Of a stretch of 43,649 bases of DNA, positions 39,261 to 43,649 are shown one piece after another. Each line of letters opens with the position of its first letter. Within the stretch, counting starts at the first letter, position 1. The stretch lies in NCBI GenBank assembly GCA_026993265.1, contig JALWTY010000226.1:1-43649 (forward strand), written 5' to 3'. Under the pieces are notes generated by a model. That model ran no database searches and was not told where the DNA came from. It saw only the letters and a program-made list of their open reading frames with translations. The translations under genes were made by a program, and so were the position numbers. The DNA is from Desulfobacterales bacterium (GTDB lineage Bacteria > Desulfobacterota > Desulfobulbia > Desulfobulbales > JAJRZW01).

Positions 39261-40763
39261 TCAACGCAGGTCGGCCGAGCGGTCGTGCGGCACCCGGTAG
39301 ATCTTCATTATCCTGGCGGTGGCGGATTTCGCCTTTTCCCGGTCGAGCACGATCTTGGTGCCCCAGCGGTCGCCGATGACGATGAACGGATCCCGCGATC
39401 CTTCTATCCTCGAGATGAGATCCTTGAGGTTCTTGATCCGTTTGCCGTTCACGGTCATAACCCGGAAATTGCCTGAACCGTGATAGCCGCGGTTGACCTC
39501 ATCCGGCAGAACCCGCATCAGGATGACCGCCTCCTCGCCCTCCTCCTTGAGCGGCTCGAACAGGTAGGTGTTTATCAGGTTGGTGGGCGCGGCGTTGATC
39601 CAGCCGTCGCCCCAGTTCTTCAGGTAATTCACGGTCAGCGGCGCAAAGATGAGGCCGCCGAAGATGTAGTAGGCAGGCTGGACGTCGTAGCGCTCAAGGG
39701 GCACGAGCTGGTTGGTGCCGACCTTGTCGGTCAGCCTGACCTCCACCTTGATCTCCCTTCCCTTTCGCAGTATCGTCAGCACCTCGGTCTCGCCGACCTG
39801 GTGCATCTCGGTGTAGTAGTTCATGCTGGTGCGTTCCTGCTCCCGGAACTCCACCGTGGCGTTGTTGGCGATATCGTGGCCGTCGATGGCCATGATCACG
39901 TCGCCCGGAAACACCAACCCCTCGGCCGGCGAGCCCGGCACCACCCGGAACACCAGCACCCCGGTCTGCTCCTTCTTCATCCGGTACATGCGGCGTATGC
40001 TCTCGTTCTCCATGGGCTGACAGGCGATGCCGTCCTCGGGAAAGCCGTCGTAGCGGCCGTCGGCCAGGTCTTTCAGAAAATGCTCGATCACCGGCACCGG
40101 CACCATGTAACCGATACTCTGCATGCTGCCGAACATCTCCATGACCACGCCCACGACCTTGTCGCCGATTATCACCGGGCCTCCGCTCGAGCCGGGATTG
40201 ATGGCCGCGTCGATCTGGGCCGCGAGCAGGCTGACCATGGAATGGGCGTACACCTGATGCTCTATCCGGGAGATGACCCCCTTGGTGGTGCTGAGGGTGT
40301 CGCCGCCGTAGGGGTAGCCGTAAACGACCACGTCCTGCTGGACCTCGGGCAGACCGCCGAGCTCCAACGGCTCTATGCCCTTGAAGAAATCCTTGTCGTC
40401 AACCGTGAGCAGGGCAAGGTCGGCCTCGTGCGAGACCGCGATCAGCCGGGCCGGATACTTCTTGCTCTCCCCGAAGCGGCGCACCTGGATGAAGGTGTGG
40501 TCGCTTATGACATGGGCGTTCGTCAGGATGCGGTTGCCGGAGATGACGCAGCCGGAACCGGCCTGGGAGCCGGTGCCGAGCATGTTCCAGGGATTGGCGT
40601 AATCGGCCGGGTTGACCACGGTGAAGATCTTGACCGTGGCGTTCTTGATCTTGACGTGGTTGGGATCACGTTCCGCCCGGCCGCGAACCGGGACGAAAAG
40701 CAGGGCAAGAGCCAAGGCAATGGTCAACAGGGAAAACGTGGTCCTCGTCCGCTCCATCATCAT
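39261..40763 (-). CDS. secreted trypsin-like serine protease (S1C/HtrA-related) with PDZ-like region
   Basis: Signal peptide MMMERTRTTFSLLTIALALALLFVPVRG. Catalytic triad contexts: TNAHVI (His), EADLALL (Asp), GSSGGPV (Ser). A PDZ-like segment carries GSPAEGLVFPGDVIMAIDG. Confidence 0.8.
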   Translation of the reverse strand: MMMERTRTTFSLLTIALALALLFVPVRGRAERDPNHVKIKNATVKIFTVVNPADYANPWNMLGTGSQAGSGCVISGNRILTNAHVISDHTFIQVRRFGESKKYPARLIAVSHEADLALLTVDDKDFFKGIEPLELGGLPEVQQDVVVYGYPYGGDTLSTTKGVISRIEHQVYAHSMVSLLAAQIDAAINPGSSGGPVIIGDKVVGVVMEMFGSMQSIGYMVPVPVIEHFLKDLADGRYDGFPEDGIACQPMENESIRRMYRMKKEQTGVLVFRVVPGSPAEGLVFPGDVIMAIDGHDIANNATVEFREQERTSMNYYTEMHQVGETEVLTILRKGREIKVEVRLTDKVGTNQLVPLERYDVQPAYYIFGGLIFAPLTVNYLKNWGDGWINAAPTNLINTYLFEPLKEEGEEAVILMRVLPDEVNRGYHGSGNFRVMTVNGKRIKNLKDLISRIEGSRDPFIVIGDRWGTKIVLDREKAKSATARIMKIYRVPHDRSADLR

Positions 40764-41524
40764 CTCCTCTTCACCACCAGGGTGTTCTCGCCCGCGAGCA
40801 CGTGGCGGAGCCAGTCAAAGGCGAAGACCAGCAGGGCCTCGTCGTCGCGGGCGATGAGTTTTCTTCTGGCCTTGTCCAGGCGGTAGTTGTCGAGGATGCG
40901 GTTCTCCTCCATATAACGGCGGAAGGCGTCGAGGTCGTAACAGGCCATGAAGGCCATCTGCTGCCTGGGCCCGGCCGCGCCCTCGCCCCGCCAGACCCGG
41001 TGGTCGGCGAACATGCGGTCCACCACGGCCCAGAGATCGTTCATCCGGTTATAGTCGCCGATGGCCTGGTCGCGGAGCCATTCCTTCAGGGTCCACTCCC
41101 GGCCGCGGCCGTGGCCCTTGCAGTAGGGATGGCGCACCAGGAACCAGTGCTCGGCCAGACGCGACTCCCCTTCCCGCTTCTCCACCCCGCGCTCCAGCGG
41201 ATAGGTGCGGCAGGCCGAGGGCCGGTCGCTATAGACCAGACAGCCGTCCTCGTGGAGAAAGGGGCAGCTCGCCTCCCCGTCGCCGCGCATACGGAGAACC
41301 ACTGAAGGGAAACAGGGATTGTGGCCGCGGACGAGGCCGGTGTGACGCTCGAGAAACTCCGACGAGGATATGCCGATGCGATTTTTCAGCCGCAGGACGT
41401 CGTAGGGGTAGAGCACCAGCTCGATCCGGTGGCAGCAGGCGGTGTAACAGGGCACCTCAGGGCCGCAGACAAAGGTGAAGGAGTTGCCCAGGGGTGCACG
41501 CCGGGTGTCTTCCGGTTCGCTCAT
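40760..41524 (-). CDS. YkgJ-family Cys-cluster protein (CxxCxxCC / UPF0153 zinc- or iron-chelating domain)
   Basis: ATG 41524 is preceded by AAGGAGAGAG; the track start 41542 is a TTG extension. N-terminal FVCGPEVPCYTACCH, later SCPFLHEDGCLVYSDRPSACRTYP. The stop overlaps the protease start (ATGA). Confidence 0.75.
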   Translation of the reverse strand: MSEPEDTRRAPLGNSFTFVCGPEVPCYTACCHRIELVLYPYDVLRLKNRIGISSSEFLERHTGLVRGHNPCFPSVVLRMRGDGEASCPFLHEDGCLVYSDRPSACRTYPLERGVEKREGESRLAEHWFLVRHPYCKGHGRGREWTLKEWLRDQAIGDYNRMNDLWAVVDRMFADHRVWRGEGAAGPRQQMAFMACYDLDAFRRYMEENRILDNYRLDKARRKLIARDDEALLVFAFDWLRHVLAGENTLVVKRR

Positions 41525-41540
41525 CTCTCTCCTTATCAGC

Positions 41541-41569
41541 AAAAACAGGGGACCCGGCCGGGTCCCCTG
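41541..41569 (-). terminator. rho-independent terminator after the outer-membrane protein gene
   Basis: The minus strand reads CAGGGGACCC-GGCC-GGGTCCCCTG (perfect 10-bp stem, 4-nt loop) followed by TTTTT. It begins about 35 nt after the stop at 41604. Confidence 0.8.
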
Positions 41570-41603
41570 CGGTGTCTAGGCTCGATCCCGGAGGCAGGCG
41601 CCT

Positions 41604-43193
41604 TTAGAAGCGGGTGTCGAGGAGGACGTAGAAGTTGTCGAACTTGGGATTCTTGCCATAGGTGGCGCTGTAGTCCACCGGCTCGCCGAGGTAGGAACCG
41701 GAGCCCGAGTAGTCGTACTCGATCTGGGTGTAGCCGGTGCGCATGAACATGTGCTTGTTGATCGGCTGGATGTAGTAATAGTCGAAACACTCGCCGCGGG
41801 CGGCCAGCTTGTTGTAGATCTCGGTGGAGCCGGGGGTGAAGCTGAACCAGTACTGGGATCCCTTGTTGTACTCGAAACCGAGCTTGGGGCGGTTGAGGAA
41901 CCGGACCGGGATCTCGTAACGCAGGCCGGCATAGAAGGCGTGGCCGGTGTGCTTGCCCGAGCCGTTGCCCGACAGCAGGCCGAAGCTAATCCCGTTCATG
42001 CTGATGGTCTGGCCGTTGGGGTCGCTCCTGTTCTCGGCGTAGGAGCCGAACAGGTCTAGGCCGATGCCGGCGATGTCGCGCACCTGGAGGTGCACGCCCC
42101 AGATGTCCATGTCGCCGATGTTGGCCATGTCGCCGGAGCCGCCCATGGACACCGGCTCGGGATCGGCGGCAAAGAAGTCCTTGGCCATGATGTAGTCGGC
42201 CACGAGCAGGCTGTCGCGCAGGCCGGGCACCTCGGTCTCGAAAAAGAGACCGTGGACTTTCACGTCCTTGTACTGGTCCTGATAGATGCCGTCCAGGTAG
42301 TTCTGGGTGTCGTTGTCGTACTGGAAGGCCATGGCGTAGAAGTAGCGCAGGCCAGAGTTCTTGAGCCCGGTCCAGCGCTCGAGGCCGATGGTGGCGACGA
42401 TGCCGTCCGGCTCGCCGTCGAAGACCAGGGCCGGGTAGGTGGACTGGCGCTCGCGGTCCTCCTTGAATTCGTACGGCGGGCCGTCGGTGGTGGGTTGGCG
42501 GCCGATGGTGATGGCGAGCGGCACGAAGAAGTGCTCGGGAATCCAGTCGATGTAGAAACGGTCCACCTTGAGGTCGGTGTCGCCGCTGGCCCGGTGGGCC
42601 CGCATGGTGTCGTCGGAATAGGCCGGCTGGGAGTCGGCCCAGTTCTTGTACAGGGCGAGGCGGCCGTGGAAGGAGAGGCTGCGGCTGATCCTGGCGTCCA
42701 TGTTGAGCCGCATCCGGCTGGACCAGTTGGCGTCGTTGCGTTCGTCGGTGGCGTTCGGCTTGGTGAACCAGCCGTTGTCTACATTGGTGGTGGTGCCAGT
42801 TGCCACAGGATCTCTGTCAGCGGCCTGGGAGTAATACATGGTCATGCCGTTGACGTCGTAGTCCCTGACCCGGTAGTTGTCCATGCGGACGCGGAGCTCG
42901 CCGCCGAAGTTTATCCGGTCCTGGATGGTCTTGGTCTCGACCTCGTCCAGGGTGTCGTAGATGTCGGAGATGTCGCGGTTCATCTTGCGGATCTTGGAGG
43001 CCGAGACCTGGCCGGCCTCGCCCTTGAGCTCGGCCACCTCCTTCTGGAGCTTCTCGATGGTCTCCTGCATCTCCTTGAGCTGATCCCTGGTCGCCTGGTA
43101 CTCGTCCGCCGGCACCTTGACCACGATCTCGCCGGCGGATGCCGCGAGCGTCCAGACCAGCAACGCCGCCACGCTGAAAATGAGCCTTTTCAC
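41604..43193 (-). CDS. outer-membrane beta-barrel (porin-like) protein with N-terminal coiled coil; possibly DUF3373 family
   Basis: GTG 43193 has GGAGGA 7 nt upstream, with an alternative ATG at 43220; the track ORF extends to 43529. Signal peptide VKRLIFSVAALLVWTLAASA. Coiled coil QLKEMQETIEKLQKEVAELKGE. Alternating aromatic/hydrophilic strands and a terminal ...YVLLDTRF (C-terminal Phe). The family name is from memory and unverified. Confidence 0.65.
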   Translation of the reverse strand: MKRLIFSVAALLVWTLAASAGEIVVKVPADEYQATRDQLKEMQETIEKLQKEVAELKGEAGQVSASKIRKMNRDISDIYDTLDEVETKTIQDRINFGGELRVRMDNYRVRDYDVNGMTMYYSQAADRDPVATGTTTNVDNGWFTKPNATDERNDANWSSRMRLNMDARISRSLSFHGRLALYKNWADSQPAYSDDTMRAHRASGDTDLKVDRFYIDWIPEHFFVPLAITIGRQPTTDGPPYEFKEDRERQSTYPALVFDGEPDGIVATIGLERWTGLKNSGLRYFYAMAFQYDNDTQNYLDGIYQDQYKDVKVHGLFFETEVPGLRDSLLVADYIMAKDFFAADPEPVSMGGSGDMANIGDMDIWGVHLQVRDIAGIGLDLFGSYAENRSDPNGQTISMNGISFGLLSGNGSGKHTGHAFYAGLRYEIPVRFLNRPKLGFEYNKGSQYWFSFTPGSTEIYNKLAARGECFDYYYIQPINKHMFMRTGYTQIEYDYSGSGSYLGEPVDYSATYGKNPKFDNFYVLLDTRF

Positions 43194-43236
43194 TGTATAT
43201 CCTCCATGAAAACCTTTCATCTTTGATCGTCCGCCA

Positions 43237-43620
43237 TTACTTGGGGATGGCCGCCGCCTCGGGCTTGTCGCTGTCGGCGGCGTGGGCCTTGAGATAATCC
43301 AGGATCGCGTCCATCTCGGTATCGCTGATCTTGTCGGAAAGATCCACCTCGTGCCGGTTGCGGCGGAAATACTTGCCCCAGACCACCGCGGCCTTGTCGG
43401 CAGGATTGACCGGCGCGGCCGCCCCTCCACGTTTATGACAGGAACCGCATTTGGAAACGAAAAGCCGTGCCCCGCCGCCGGCCAGCACCGGGACAGCGCA
43501 GAGCAGGGCTGTTGCGACCACGAAAACAAGACAGGTTCTTTTCACCAACGTGCCCCCCAGTTTGTTTTGTCTCTCATCAAAGCGCACAAGGCCAACTTGT
43601 TGTTTTAACGTTTGTTTCAT
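43237..43620 (-). CDS. monoheme c-type cytochrome (class I-like), exported
   Basis: Single CxxCH (KCGSCH) after a hydrophobic signal/anchor (TCLVFVVATALLCAVPVLAGG). The C-terminal ISDTEMDAILDYLKAH resembles the Met-ligand/helix region of small cytochromes c. The start is either ATG 43620 or GTG 43545. Confidence 0.75.
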   Translation of the reverse strand: MKQTLKQQVGLVRFDERQNKLGGTLVKRTCLVFVVATALLCAVPVLAGGGARLFVSKCGSCHKRGGAAAPVNPADKAAVVWGKYFRRNRHEVDLSDKISDTEMDAILDYLKAHAADSDKPEAAAIPK

Positions 43621-43649
43621 ATCTGCGTCCTTGGCATGGAACCGGCGCG

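Overview
High-GC (by eye about 60-65%) chromosomal segment, with gene content typical of a sulfate-reducing/deltaproteobacterial-type organism. Housekeeping genes, left to right: corC(partial)-lnt; prfB with its programmed +1 frameshift; a CCG-domain Fe-S protein; a PilJ-type chemoreceptor; a DsbA-like protein; phoH; an unbroken ybeY-pdxJ reading frame; a TPR methyltransferase; two FapA/DUF342 paralogs flanking an RCK K+ channel; a PsiE-like protein; and a small XRE-HTH/Cys-rich regulator. Then follow a tightly packed metY-metX-metW-cysE-cysK cluster, msbA, and a translationally coupled envelope-glycan operon (Trm112-like, TIM-barrel, radical SAM/SPASM, GT9, GT-C-like and GT4 genes). The only clearly accessory part is a lower-GC stretch of about 6.9 kb (about 27.8-34.7 kb). 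It holds most of the GT4 gene, an IS5-family element whose transposase is split by an IS3-family (IS407-like) element, then wecB and two glycosyltransferases. After it come a GT2 gene, dnaE, an S1C protease with a YkgJ-type Cys-cluster protein, a porin-like outer-membrane protein and a monoheme cytochrome c. I found no CRISPR array, tRNA/rRNA gene, reverse transcriptase, or recognisable defence or toxin-antitoxin module. The best candidates for undescribed biology are modest. They are the radical-SAM-containing glycan operon with its mosaic low-GC replacement, the HTH/Cys-rich regulator with a 20-bp tandem repeat ahead of the met/cys cluster, and the YbeY-PdxJ fusion. All GC values are visual estimates, and all family calls come from motifs read in the translations, not from database searches.
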